NCBI GenBank assembly: GCA_027623675.1
Contig: JAQBVF010000002.1
Coordinates: forward strand, 64,001 to 128,000
Length of the DNA: 64,000 nt
Direction: 5' to 3'
From: Chloroflexota bacterium
GTDB taxonomy: Bacteria; Chloroflexota; Dehalococcoidia; Lucifugimonadales; UBA3495
The position numbers and the translations under genes are program-made. Below the pieces are notes generated by a model that had not been told where the DNA came from, ran no database searches, and saw only the letters and a program-made list of their open reading frames with translations. Shown here piece after piece: positions 33,096 to 42,690 of this stretch (position 1 is the stretch's first letter; the number at the start of each line of letters is the position of its first letter).

Positions 33096-33240
33096 AGCCC
33101 ATGACTCCAATCTGCCGATCTGAGCCCTCGGCGCCACGAATGCCGGAGGCTTTTTTAATACCCATGACTCACCACAGCGCCCCCAGGCATACGGCCTGTA
33201 GCTTCACTCCGTCCCGACCCGCCAACGCCGGCGCCGCCAT

Positions 33241-33933
33241 ATGACATCCCAAGATGGCGGCACACGGGTTACCATTATAGGCGTGGGTCCCGGCGACAAC
33301 GGATTCCTAACCCTGAAGGCAAAACAAGCGGTTGAGGAAGCCGACCTGGTGGCCGGTTTCGCGACGGTCTTGAACGTCGTCCGACCCTTCGTCAAGAATG
33401 CCGAACTCTGCCCCATGGCCTACCGCGACCAGGAAGAGGTTCTTGACTACGCCGTGGGAAAGGTGAAACAAGGCAAGAGCCTCGTCGTATGCGCCTGGGG
33501 AGACCTGAACGTGTCGGCCAAGGAGTTGCTAGACCGCGTGCGGCGGCGGGTGGACCACGTTGACCTGATCCCCGGCATCAGTTCGGTGCAGATCGCGCTG
33601 GTCCGTTCCGGCATATCCTTGGAGCATGCGGTCTTCGTCACGCTTCACGTTCGGGACGGCGCCGAATCGGCCTTGGAAGAATTGGTCCACTATATAAAGG
33701 AAGGCCGGCGGAACGTGGTCCTGCTGCCCCGACCCTACGACCTGATGCCGGCCGGTATCGCCGCTGGCGTTATCGAGGCTGGGATCTCCGGGGACCGCCA
33801 GATGACGGTCTTCCAACGCCTCACTCACGACGACGAGCAGTCTTGGAGCGGCAGCGTCAGCGAATGCGCCGCCATCACCTCCGATTTCAGCGATCTGTCG
33901 ATAATGGTTTTCCACAAGCCTGACTCGGACTAG
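33241..33933 (+). CDS. cbiE: Precorrin-6Y/cobalt-precorrin-7 C5-methyltransferase-like tetrapyrrole methylase
   Basis: IIGVGPGD, LTLKAKQAVEEADLVAG, GD motif, IPGISSVQ, TLH, QRLTHDDE; adjacent to cobN. Confidence 0.8.
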   Translation: MTSQDGGTRVTIIGVGPGDNGFLTLKAKQAVEEADLVAGFATVLNVVRPFVKNAELCPMAYRDQEEVLDYAVGKVKQGKSLVVCAWGDLNVSAKELLDRVRRRVDHVDLIPGISSVQIALVRSGISLEHAVFVTLHVRDGAESALEELVHYIKEGRRNVVLLPRPYDLMPAGIAAGVIEAGISGDRQMTVFQRLTHDDEQSWSGSVSECAAITSDFSDLSIMVFHKPDSD

Positions 33934-34088
33934 GCAGCATCAGGCACGGGCTTTCGCAAGCCCGATTCCGGTTAAAGTTAACCAGGCCTTCTAACCCACC
34001 GGTCCGCCCCCGCACGGGTTGGCGAGACCGGACAAGATATTTCACCGGCCTGCCTCGAAGGGGGAGGCTGGGAGGGACCGGTCCCAGT

Positions 34089-37000
34089 TTGATCCTTTTC
34101 GTCACCACTGCAGACACCGACCTGCTCACCGCTGGCCGGGCATTGGAGATTCTGCCGGCTGATTTTCCACAGGTAAAGGCGTTCAACCCGGCCACTCTGC
34201 CGGGGGAAGGCGAGCAAGACGCCATCCTGGCGGCCGCCGCGGAGGCCGACGTTGTTGTGCTGCGCCTGCTGGGCGGCAAACGGGCCATGCCCGAAAACTT
34301 CGACCCATTGGTCCGCCTCTGCCACGAGCGGGGCATTCCCCTCATCGCCTGTCCTGGCCATCAGGAATGGGACCAAGACCTGGTCACGGCCTGCACCGTT
34401 CCGCCCTCTGAGCTAGACGCCGTTTTCTCCTACCTGATTCGTGGCGGCGTGGCCAATTTCGAGAATCTTTTCCTCTTTTTAAGTGACTCCTACCTGGGCT
34501 CGGACTACGGCCACGAGGCCCCGGCGGAAGTCTCATGGGAAGGCATCTACCATCCCGACGAAGCCGACGGCATGTCAGCCCAGGATTTTGTGGTGCGCCG
34601 CTTCAAGCCCGGCCGGCCCAGCGTGGCGGTGCTGTTCTACCGCGCCCACTGGATGAGCGGCAACCTGCAGACGGTGGACGCACTGGTCCGGCGGCTTGAG
34701 GAACTGGAAACCAACGTGATGCCCGTCTATTCGTTCAGCCTGAAACACAATCCGGAGGGCGACGGGCAGGCCAACCGGACCTTCTCGGAGATCCTCTGCG
34801 ACGAGAATGGCGACGCCCGCGTCGACTGCATCATCAACACCATGGGCATGTCCATGACCGACCTGCACCAAGACGGCGCAACCTTCGCCGCCGGCCCCCA
34901 GGTCGACTATCTGGACAAGCTGAACGTCCCCATAATCCAGGGCATATTCAGCACCGGCAACGAGGCCGAATGGGAGGAGAGCTCCCTGGGTCTGGGCCCC
35001 ATAGACACCGCCATGAGTGTGGCCCTGCCCGAGTTCGACGGGCGGATCATCACCGTGCCAATCTCATTCAAAGAAGAGGTATCTTCGGAATCCGTTGGCC
35101 GCGATGGCAAGATGGACGCCCGGCTGCAGCGAAACCTGCCCCGGCCCGACCGCATCGACCTCCTGGCCCGGCTGTCCGCCAAATGGGCCTCGCTGCGGCT
35201 AAAGCCGAACGCTGACAAGCGCATCGCCATCATCCTCAGCAACTACCCGACCAAGGACGCCCGCGTCGGGAACGCGGTGGGACTGGACACCCCCGCTTCG
35301 GTCATCAACGTGCTAAACGCCATGGCCGCGGCCGGGTACACCGTGACCGACATCCCCGCCGACGGCGATGAACTGGTCCACCGGATAATCGAGCGGTGCA
35401 GCAACGACACCGACACGCTGACCGAAGAGCAACTCCGGCTGGCGGCGGGCCACGTTAGCTCCACCCAGTACAAAGAGTGGTTCCGCGGTTTCCCGCAAAC
35501 CGTCCAGAACGACATGGTTGAGGCCTGGGGCCAGCCGCCGGGGCAGGTATACCGCACCGGAGACAACCTGGCCATCGCCGGTATCGACTTGGGCAACGTG
35601 TTCGTCGGACTACAGCCGCCCCGAGGCTTCGGCGAGAACCCCATATCCGTGTACCACAGCCCGGACCTGGTCCCCACCCATCACTACATCGCCTATTACC
35701 GGTGGATGCGGGACGTTTTCAAAGCCGACGCGATGGTCCATGTGGGCAAGCACGGCACCCTGGAATGGCTGCCCGGAAAGGGGATCGGCCTGTCCGCTGC
35801 CTGCTACCCCGAGGTGGCCCTGGATGACGTGCCGCTGTTCTACCCGTTCATCATCAACAATCCCGGTGAGGGCGCCCAGGCCAAGCGGCGGGCCCACGCC
35901 ACCATCATCGACCACCTCATACCGGCCATGACCACCGCCGACAGTTACGGCGACATCGCCCGGCTGGAACAGTTGATGGACGAGCATTACCAGTGCCAGA
36001 CGTTGGACCCGGCCAAGCTGCCCTTGCTTGAGGGCCAGATCTGGGACATGGTGCGTCAGGCCGACCTGGACCGCGACCTGGGAGTGGACGAACATCCGGA
36101 GGACTTCGGCGACTTCATCTTGCACATCGACGGCTATCTCTGCGAACTGAAAGACGCCCAGATCAGGGACGGTCTCCACACCCTGGGCGAGGTGCCCCAA
36201 GACGAGCAGATGACCGGCCTGTTATCCTCCCTCACTCGCTTGGATACCGGAGGGATACCCAGCCTTAGACGCTCGCTGGCCGAGGCCATGGGCTTGGATT
36301 ACACCAGCCTGCTTGACGAACCGGCGCTGCCCGCCCCCGAGCCGGTCCCAGCGCCGCTGGCCGCCGGCGACGGCACGCCGGTCCGCACCCAAGGCGACCT
36401 GCTGGAAAGACTGGAAGAGCTGTCCCGCTCGGCTTACACCATGCTGGACGCCGGCGGGTTCAAAAGGCAGGACGTGGCCGGCATTGTCTTAAAGCTACTG
36501 GGAACCGAAGACGCCCAGTCCAGCCACGTGCTGAACTACGTGACCGACACCCTGCATCCGGCGCTGCTGCGGACCACCGACGAGATCGGCAATCTGCTGC
36601 GCGGCCTGGACGGTCAATTCGTCCCCGCCGGACCCAGCGGCGCACCGACCAGGGGCATGTCCAACATCCTGCCCACCGGCCGCAATTTCTATTCCGTCGA
36701 CCCCAAGACCATCCCATCGCCCACCGCCTGGGACATGGGCGTCGGCCTGGCCAACGCGCTGCTGCAGGTCTATCTGGAGGAAGAGGGCGGCTACCCCGAG
36801 ATGGTGGGGCTGGTCATCTGGGGCACGTCCGCCATGCGCACCCACGGCGACGACATCGCCCAGGTGTTCAGCCTTCTCGGCATCAAGCCGGTCTGGCAGG
36901 AAGAGAGCCGGCGCATCACCGGACTCGAGGTGATACCTCTGGCGGACCTGGGCCGTCCCCGGATCGACGTCACGGTTCGGATCAGCGGCTTCTTCCGGGA

Positions 37001-37913
37001 CGCCTTCCCCAACCTGATCGAGTTGATCGACCAGGCGGTGGAGCTGGTGGCCTCGTTGGACGAATCGCCGGAAGACAACATGGTGGTCAAACACCTGCGG
37101 GAGGACGCCGCCGCCAGGGAGTCCGGCGAGGAACAGTCGGCCGAGCCGACCGTGTCCCAGGGCAACCCCGCGCTGTACCGGATATTCGGCAGCAAGCCCG
37201 GCACCTATGGGGCCGGGATATTGGCCGCCATCGATGAACGCAACTGGGAGAGCGTTCAAGACCTGGCTGAGGTCTATACCGCCTGGGGCGGCTACGCCTA
37301 TACCCGCCAGGACTTCGGCGTTAACGCCCGGAACGAGTTCCGCCGCCGGTTCAGCCAGATCGTGGTTGCGGCCAAGAACCAGGACAACCGGGAGCACGAC
37401 ATCTTCGACAGCGACGACTACATGCAGTATCACGGCGGCATGATCGCCACCGTGAGGGCGCTGACCGGCAGCAACCCCCAGCAATTTTTCGGAGACAGTT
37501 CCGACCCCACCCGCGCCAGGGTTCGAAAGTTGGAGGAGGAAGCGCGCCGGGTCTTCCGCACCAGGGTGGTCAACCCCAAGTGGATCGACTCCATGAAGCG
37601 CCACGGCTACAAGGGCGCCTTCGAGCTGTCGGCCACCGTCGATTACATGTTCGGCTATGACGCCACTGCCCAGGTCATTGAGGACTGGATGTACGAGAAT
37701 GTCACCGAGTCCTACGTGCTGGACCCGGAGACCCAGGAGTTCTTCCAGCAGAGCAACCCCTGGGCGCTAAGAGACATTGTGGAGCGGCTGTTGGAGGCGA
37801 TAGAGCGCGGCATGTGGGAGAACCCGCCCGAGGACATGAAGGAAAAGCTTCAAAACATGTTCTTGGACCTGGAAGCCGATCTGGAAGCCCGCCAAGAGGG
37901 CCCGCAAAGCTAA
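34089..37913 (+). CDS. cobN: Cobaltochelatase large subunit
   Basis: 1274 aa; LPEFDGRI, NYPTKDARVGNAVGLDT, QPPRG, HVGKHGTLEWLPGK, GPSGAPTRG, LPTGRNFY, RPRIDVT, NQDNREHD, RVVNPKW. Confidence 0.95.
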   Translation: MILFVTTADTDLLTAGRALEILPADFPQVKAFNPATLPGEGEQDAILAAAAEADVVVLRLLGGKRAMPENFDPLVRLCHERGIPLIACPGHQEWDQDLVTACTVPPSELDAVFSYLIRGGVANFENLFLFLSDSYLGSDYGHEAPAEVSWEGIYHPDEADGMSAQDFVVRRFKPGRPSVAVLFYRAHWMSGNLQTVDALVRRLEELETNVMPVYSFSLKHNPEGDGQANRTFSEILCDENGDARVDCIINTMGMSMTDLHQDGATFAAGPQVDYLDKLNVPIIQGIFSTGNEAEWEESSLGLGPIDTAMSVALPEFDGRIITVPISFKEEVSSESVGRDGKMDARLQRNLPRPDRIDLLARLSAKWASLRLKPNADKRIAIILSNYPTKDARVGNAVGLDTPASVINVLNAMAAAGYTVTDIPADGDELVHRIIERCSNDTDTLTEEQLRLAAGHVSSTQYKEWFRGFPQTVQNDMVEAWGQPPGQVYRTGDNLAIAGIDLGNVFVGLQPPRGFGENPISVYHSPDLVPTHHYIAYYRWMRDVFKADAMVHVGKHGTLEWLPGKGIGLSAACYPEVALDDVPLFYPFIINNPGEGAQAKRRAHATIIDHLIPAMTTADSYGDIARLEQLMDEHYQCQTLDPAKLPLLEGQIWDMVRQADLDRDLGVDEHPEDFGDFILHIDGYLCELKDAQIRDGLHTLGEVPQDEQMTGLLSSLTRLDTGGIPSLRRSLAEAMGLDYTSLLDEPALPAPEPVPAPLAAGDGTPVRTQGDLLERLEELSRSAYTMLDAGGFKRQDVAGIVLKLLGTEDAQSSHVLNYVTDTLHPALLRTTDEIGNLLRGLDGQFVPAGPSGAPTRGMSNILPTGRNFYSVDPKTIPSPTAWDMGVGLANALLQVYLEEEGGYPEMVGLVIWGTSAMRTHGDDIAQVFSLLGIKPVWQEESRRITGLEVIPLADLGRPRIDVTVRISGFFRDAFPNLIELIDQAVELVASLDESPEDNMVVKHLREDAAARESGEEQSAEPTVSQGNPALYRIFGSKPGTYGAGILAAIDERNWESVQDLAEVYTAWGGYAYTRQDFGVNARNEFRRRFSQIVVAAKNQDNREHDIFDSDDYMQYHGGMIATVRALTGSNPQQFFGDSSDPTRARVRKLEEEARRVFRTRVVNPKWIDSMKRHGYKGAFELSATVDYMFGYDATAQVIEDWMYENVTESYVLDPETQEFFQQSNPWALRDIVERLLEAIERGMWENPPEDMKEKLQNMFLDLEADLEARQEGPQS

Positions 37914-37938
37914 ATCACAGATCTTCAGGAGGCCACCT

Positions 37939-38364
37939 GTGGAAATAACGATGGAACTACTCCGTGAACTGACCCAAGATGACAAGAAAACGTGGGTGAT
38001 CGGCGGCAGCAAGGTGTCCAGCGAGAATAGCTCCAAGGGCATCAAAGAGCCGGAGGTCTCGGGCAAATACGTCACGATCGAAGCGGACAATTGGCATTTT
38101 CACCTGGCCCTGGACGATGTTACCGGGATCCAGTTCGTCGATTCCGAGAGCCATGGGGACATGCACTCCTACTACGTCCGGTTTTCCGGCCCGGGATACG
38201 AGGACACGTTGGTCCGCAGCTATTTCCCCAATCCCAACCTGGACGACGACGAGAAGCGGACCGAGTTCCAGCCCGAAAAACTCAAGGCGTTCGAAGAGTT
38301 CCGGGACCGGTACGTGGGCCGCGAGGGCATCGTGTTCGTGACCAGGCCCCGGCAGGCCAGTTAG
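37939..38364 (+). CDS. HutX/ChuX (HemS-fold)-like putative tetrapyrrole-binding protein
   Basis: GTG after AGGAGG; pattern HFHL..DD.TGIQFV...SYYVRF...R.YF...Q...F..F resembles the ChuX/HutX split-barrel family (by eye). Confidence 0.6.
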   Translation: MEITMELLRELTQDDKKTWVIGGSKVSSENSSKGIKEPEVSGKYVTIEADNWHFHLALDDVTGIQFVDSESHGDMHSYYVRFSGPGYEDTLVRSYFPNPNLDDDEKRTEFQPEKLKAFEEFRDRYVGREGIVFVTRPRQAS

Positions 38365-38449
38365 CCGGCTTTCCCTATAATAATCTAAGATTTCCTGCGA
38401 TCTCGATCTTTCAGTTTTGATCCGGAACTGGGATTGGGCCGTATAGCTA

Positions 38450-38478
38450 TTGACCACGCTGTCCGCGAGGAATAACAT
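38450..38478 (+). promoter_or_regulatory. Promoter of B12-riboswitch unit 1
   Basis: TTGACC-17 bp-TAACAT, about 45 nt before the aptamer. Confidence 0.65.
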
Positions 38479-38524
38479 CAACTGGCTTACCACGAAGCCA
38501 AAGCGCTTAACAATCTAAAACATG

Positions 38525-38703
38525 TCCATAGGTGGTCCCGATTATTCGGGACTGAAAAGGGAAGCCGGTGAGATACCGGCGCGGTCGCGCCACTGTAACT
38601 GGTGTCAGCCACCCCACTAACGAATCGCCACTGACCCGATAACTCGGGATGGGAAGGCGGGGGTACTTGACCTAAGCCAGGAGCCAGGAGACCTGCCTAT
38701 GGA
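38525..38703 (+). promoter_or_regulatory. Cobalamin riboswitch 1
   Basis: AAAAGGGAAGCCGGTG..CCGGCGCGGTC.CGCCACTGTAA..GCCACTG..GGGAAGG..GAGCCAGGAGACCTGCC; P1 TCCATAGGTGG/CTGCCTATGGA. Confidence 0.95.
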
Positions 38704-38755
38704 TTGACTTGATGCACTTCGCAATTGAGGGTGTGAGTCTTACCGATTCTCTATG

Positions 38756-38784
38756 ACCTGACTTCCGAAGTCGGGTTTTTTTTT
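38756..38784 (+). terminator. Riboswitch 1 terminator
   Basis: ACCTGACTT-ccg-AAGTCGGGT followed by a long T-run. Confidence 0.85.
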
Positions 38785-38814
38785 GCTCAAGATCAAACGT
38801 CTGGAGATTTCAAC

Positions 38815-40398
38815 ATGCACTGGCGTTCAACGGCCTTTGGGTTCATCTTTGGCACTTTGCTCCTGGCTATCTTGGCGTGTGGCGGTCCTGCCAGCGCCAC
38901 GCCCACCGGTTCGGTTGTAGCCGAATCGAGCGGAGCGCCTACTGGTTCCGCAGAGCAACGCGTGTTGAAAGTAGCCCTGACTTTCCTGGACGAGCCGCCA
39001 GACCCTTATCAGACCGGTTGGCTGGCGGTCCCCACCGGTCTGGCCGAAACTTTGTTCCGATTGAGCGACGACCTTAAGCCGGAGCCTTGGCTGGCCACCG
39101 GCGCGGTACAGACCGCTCCGGAAACCTGGGAGATCACCCTGCGCGAGGGCGTCACCTTCCACAACGGCGTGTCGATGGACGCCGCCAAGGTCAAAGGCTC
39201 GCTGGACCTGGCGCTGCAACGGCGGCCCGGCACCAGGGTCCTTCTGGACATTGCCCGGACCGAGGTCAAAGACCCGTACACCGTGCTCATCACCACCAAC
39301 TCGCCCAACCCGACCCTGCCCGGCCTGTTGACCAACCAGAACACGAGCATCGCCGACCCCGGCACGGTGCCGGCATCGCCGGAAGATTCGGCGGAAAGCG
39401 CTGCGATGACCGGTCCCTACAAGCTGGTGTCCTTCAAAGCCGATCGGGAGATGATTGTCGAAGCGCACACCGGTTATTGGCAGGGCCGACCGGCGTTGGA
39501 CCGGATCGAATACGTTGCCTTTAACCAGAGCGACACCCGCCTCATCGCCCTCCAAAGCGGCGACGTCGACATATCGGTCAACCTCTCCCCACAGGGAGCG
39601 GTGACCGCCGAGAAAGATTCGTCACTGGAAGTTTTGATTGCTCCACCGTCGGGCATGCTGTTCATGTTTGTGAACCATGAAAGTCCGGCGATGCGGGACC
39701 CGCTGGTGCGCCGGGCCGTCGCCATGGCGGTGGACCGGAATGCCATGGCAACCGGCGTGGCGGACGGGCGCGCCGTCCCTGCGGAAAGCATGTTCCCGCC
39801 CGGGTTCATCTCCTGCCAGAATCCGGCTGGGTTTTCCTACAACCCGGAAGCGGCCCGTCAACTGCTTGCCGATGCCGGCTATCAGGATGAAAACGGCGAC
39901 GGCATCGTGGAAAAAGACGGGAAAGCCTTGGAGTTGGTCCTACAGACCTATCCCGAGCAGCCACTCTTGCCGCCGATGCTCGAAGCATACCAATCGATGT
40001 TGAAGGACATCGGCGTTGGCGCCAAGGTCCAAATCGTGGAATGGACCCTGGCCAGCCAGGGCGGTTACGACCTGTTCGGCTACAGCAACGGCACCATCAC
40101 CACGGGCGACCCCGGGTGGGCGCTCAACCGCCAGTTCCTGACCGGCGGCGACGAGAACCGGGGCAATTTCAGCAACGCCACGGTGGACGAACTCATCGGT
40201 AAGTTGTCCGGCGCGGCCGGTCCGGCCCAGCGGGAGCAGATCGCCTGCGAAGCCCTGAAAGCAGGGAATGATGAAGTTGCCCTGATACCGGTGATGTTCC
40301 CCAACCGGCTCTACGGGATATCGGACTCCGTCGATTGGCCGTCGGGTCCGCACGCCGTCCAACTCTACTTCATAGACTACAGAATCGGACTGAAATAG
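38815..40398 (+). CDS. ABC transporter substrate-binding lipoprotein, family 5 (NikA/CntA/DppA-like)
   Basis: Lipobox LAILAC; ETLFRL, PWLA, LREGVTFHNG, TGPYKL, ALQSGDVD, VRRAVAMAVDR, ARQLLADAGY. Confidence 0.88.
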   Translation: MHWRSTAFGFIFGTLLLAILACGGPASATPTGSVVAESSGAPTGSAEQRVLKVALTFLDEPPDPYQTGWLAVPTGLAETLFRLSDDLKPEPWLATGAVQTAPETWEITLREGVTFHNGVSMDAAKVKGSLDLALQRRPGTRVLLDIARTEVKDPYTVLITTNSPNPTLPGLLTNQNTSIADPGTVPASPEDSAESAAMTGPYKLVSFKADREMIVEAHTGYWQGRPALDRIEYVAFNQSDTRLIALQSGDVDISVNLSPQGAVTAEKDSSLEVLIAPPSGMLFMFVNHESPAMRDPLVRRAVAMAVDRNAMATGVADGRAVPAESMFPPGFISCQNPAGFSYNPEAARQLLADAGYQDENGDGIVEKDGKALELVLQTYPEQPLLPPMLEAYQSMLKDIGVGAKVQIVEWTLASQGGYDLFGYSNGTITTGDPGWALNRQFLTGGDENRGNFSNATVDELIGKLSGAAGPAQREQIACEALKAGNDEVALIPVMFPNRLYGISDSVDWPSGPHAVQLYFIDYRIGLK

Positions 40399-40399
40399 C

Positions 40400-41347
40400 T
40401 TGGGCAATCACCTAACGCGACGCCTGATAACACTTCCATTTCTCTTGGTGGGCATCTCAATCATCAGCTTTTTGCTGTTGAATTTCGCCCCCGGCGACGC
40501 CGCGGAGATCAGGCTGCTCCGTCAGAACGGGGGCGTAGCGCCTTCCGAGGAAGCGGTGATGGAATTGCGGCAAGAATTGGGTTTAAACGACGCCCTGCCG
40601 ATCCGCTATGCCAGATGGGTATCTTCCGCGGTGCGCGGCGACCTGGGTGAGTCCTACCGCACCGGTGCTTCGATCGCCTCCGAATTGACCCGGCGATTGC
40701 CAGCGACCCTCCTGCTTGCAGCCACCGCTTTAGCCTTGGCGGTGGCTGCAAGCATCCCCCTCGGCGTATTGGCGGCGGTGAGGCGGGGCTCTTGGGTGGA
40801 TACCATATGCCGCATACTCGCCCTCGTAGGGGCGGCAGTGCCCAGCTACGTGATGGCGCCGGCCTTGATGCTGCTATTCGCCGTGAAGTTGGACTGGCTG
40901 CCGGCCATCGGCTACGGGTCCTTCAGCGCCCTTGTGCTGCCGGCCCTGGCGCTGTCCTTCGGAACCATGGCCCAGTTGATGCGCCTGACGCGGGCCAGCG
41001 TGCTAGAGGTGCTGGACCAAGACTATATGCGGACGGCCCGCGCGAAAGGCCTGACCGAGACGGTGGTGGTTTGGCGTCACGGCTTGAAGAACGCCCTGCT
41101 GCCGGTGGTCACGGTCCTGGGGACCAATACGGGGTATCTTCTGGGCGGCGCCGTGATCATCGAGACCATCTTCGGCTGGCCGGGTGTCGGTCAGTTCGTC
41201 GTCACCGGAATCTCCCAACGGGACTACCCCGTGGTACAAGGGTTCGTGCTGTACATGGCTGTGATCTTCCTGCTGGTCAACCTGGCGGTAGATATCTCAT
41301 ACCGCTGGCTGGACCCGAGGCTTCATTTTGGCCGGCGGCATCACTAA
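40400..41347 (+). CDS. ABC transporter permease (NikB/DppB-like)
   Basis: GDLGESY, RLPATL, DYMRTARAKGL, ETIFGWPGVG, RDYPVVQG, LDPR; TTG start. Confidence 0.9.
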   Translation: MGNHLTRRLITLPFLLVGISIISFLLLNFAPGDAAEIRLLRQNGGVAPSEEAVMELRQELGLNDALPIRYARWVSSAVRGDLGESYRTGASIASELTRRLPATLLLAATALALAVAASIPLGVLAAVRRGSWVDTICRILALVGAAVPSYVMAPALMLLFAVKLDWLPAIGYGSFSALVLPALALSFGTMAQLMRLTRASVLEVLDQDYMRTARAKGLTETVVVWRHGLKNALLPVVTVLGTNTGYLLGGAVIIETIFGWPGVGQFVVTGISQRDYPVVQGFVLYMAVIFLLVNLAVDISYRWLDPRLHFGRRHH

Positions 41348-41348
41348 C

Positions 41349-42317
41349 ATGAAGACTGACGCTAAGCCTGTAAGAACGCCTCTTCGCCTTCGAGAACCGG
41401 CTCTTGCCCCAAGATTGCCCCGACCTGGAGACGTCACCATACAGAACACGATCCAACAACCGGTTTCCCAGCGACGGGCTTCACGAAAGACGGTGTTCCA
41501 TCACTTGCGCCACGACCCCGGAGCCGTTGCTGGTTTCGTGATCGTGGCCGCAGCTATCCTGGCGGCGCTGTTTGCCCCGTTGCTCCCCCTGCCAAGCCCG
41601 GTGGAAGTGGACCTGCAGAACCGGTTGCTTTCTCCCTCCGGCGCTTTCCCGTTGGGCACCGACCACCTGGGCCGGGATGAGTTGAGCCGCCTGGTCTTTG
41701 GCGCACGGACCACGTTGATGATGTCCGGCGCATCGTTGGCCATCATCATGGTCATCGCAACCGTGGTCGGTTCCCTGGCCGGCTACTACGGCGGCTGGCT
41801 CGACACCGGCTTGATGATGCTGGTGGACCTGCTGCTGGCATTTCCGGCGCTGATCCTGGGGGTGGCCGTGGCCGGTATCTTGGGGCCAAGCCTGGTCAAC
41901 GTGATGATTGCCGTCTCAGTGGTCTGGTGGGCCAGCCACGCCCGAGTCATCCGCGCCATGGTCTTGTCGGCAAGGCACCGGGAATATGTTGTGGCCGCCA
42001 GGGCTATCGGGGCTAGCGACGGCCGAATCATCGTCTTCCACATCGCCCGTAACATCATGGGGCCGTTCGTCGTATTGGCGACGCTGGACATCGGCTGGAT
42101 AATCTTGGGGATAGCCGGTTTGAGTTTCCTGGGACTGGGCGCCCAGCCGCCCACGCCCGAATGGGGGGCCATGCTCAACGACTCGCGCTCGTACATGCAG
42201 ACCGCGCCATCGTTGTTGCTCGCCCCCGGAATCGCGATCTTTCTATTGGTGCTGGGCTTCAATCTTTTGGGCGACGGGCTGCGCGACATGCTTGACCCGA
42301 CGACCTACCGGCTTTAG
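41349..42317 (+). CDS. ABC transporter permease (NikC/DppC-like)
   Basis: LGTDHLGRD, EYVVAARAIGAS, LSFLGLGAQPPTPEWG, FNLLGDGLRD; ATG 41349 chosen as start. Confidence 0.9.
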   Translation: MKTDAKPVRTPLRLREPALAPRLPRPGDVTIQNTIQQPVSQRRASRKTVFHHLRHDPGAVAGFVIVAAAILAALFAPLLPLPSPVEVDLQNRLLSPSGAFPLGTDHLGRDELSRLVFGARTTLMMSGASLAIIMVIATVVGSLAGYYGGWLDTGLMMLVDLLLAFPALILGVAVAGILGPSLVNVMIAVSVVWWASHARVIRAMVLSARHREYVVAARAIGASDGRIIVFHIARNIMGPFVVLATLDIGWIILGIAGLSFLGLGAQPPTPEWGAMLNDSRSYMQTAPSLLLAPGIAIFLLVLGFNLLGDGLRDMLDPTTYRL

Positions 42318-42375
42318 AGGACATAGCCGCGCCGGAGGGACGATAGATTCGGCCTGGCGTGCCGGGAATCACCTA

Positions 42376-42404
42376 TTGACCCTATCGGTCAAAAAGGCTA
42401 TTAT
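42376..42404 (+). promoter_or_regulatory. Promoter of B12-riboswitch unit 2
   Basis: TTGACC-17 bp-TATTAT; the -35 is one arm of TTGACC-N5-GGTCAA. Confidence 0.65.
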
Positions 42405-42455
42405 TCTGCTCGAAGAGCAACCGAAAGATTGTCTCTTCGTTTAACAACTTAGACG

Positions 42456-42640
42456 AGCTGCTTGGTGGTCCCGTTCATTCGGGACTGAAAAGGGAAGCCG
42501 GTGCGAGTCCGGCGCGGTCCCGCCACTGTAACTGGTAACCCCCTCTCCCACCGGGAGTGGAGTCACTGTTCCGAGTAATTGGAACGGGAAGGCGAAGGGG
42601 GGGGTAGAAAAGCCAGGAGCCAGGAGACCTGCCACCAGCT
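42456..42640 (+). promoter_or_regulatory. Cobalamin riboswitch 2
   Basis: AAAAGGGAAGCCGGTGCGAGTCCGGCGCGGTCCCGCCACTGTAA..GTCACTG..GGGAAGG..GAGCCAGGAGACCTGCC. Confidence 0.95.
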
Positions 42641-42690
42641 TGACTTGGAAGCCTTCGTGGATTGGGGGTATGAGTCAGTATGACGATTCC

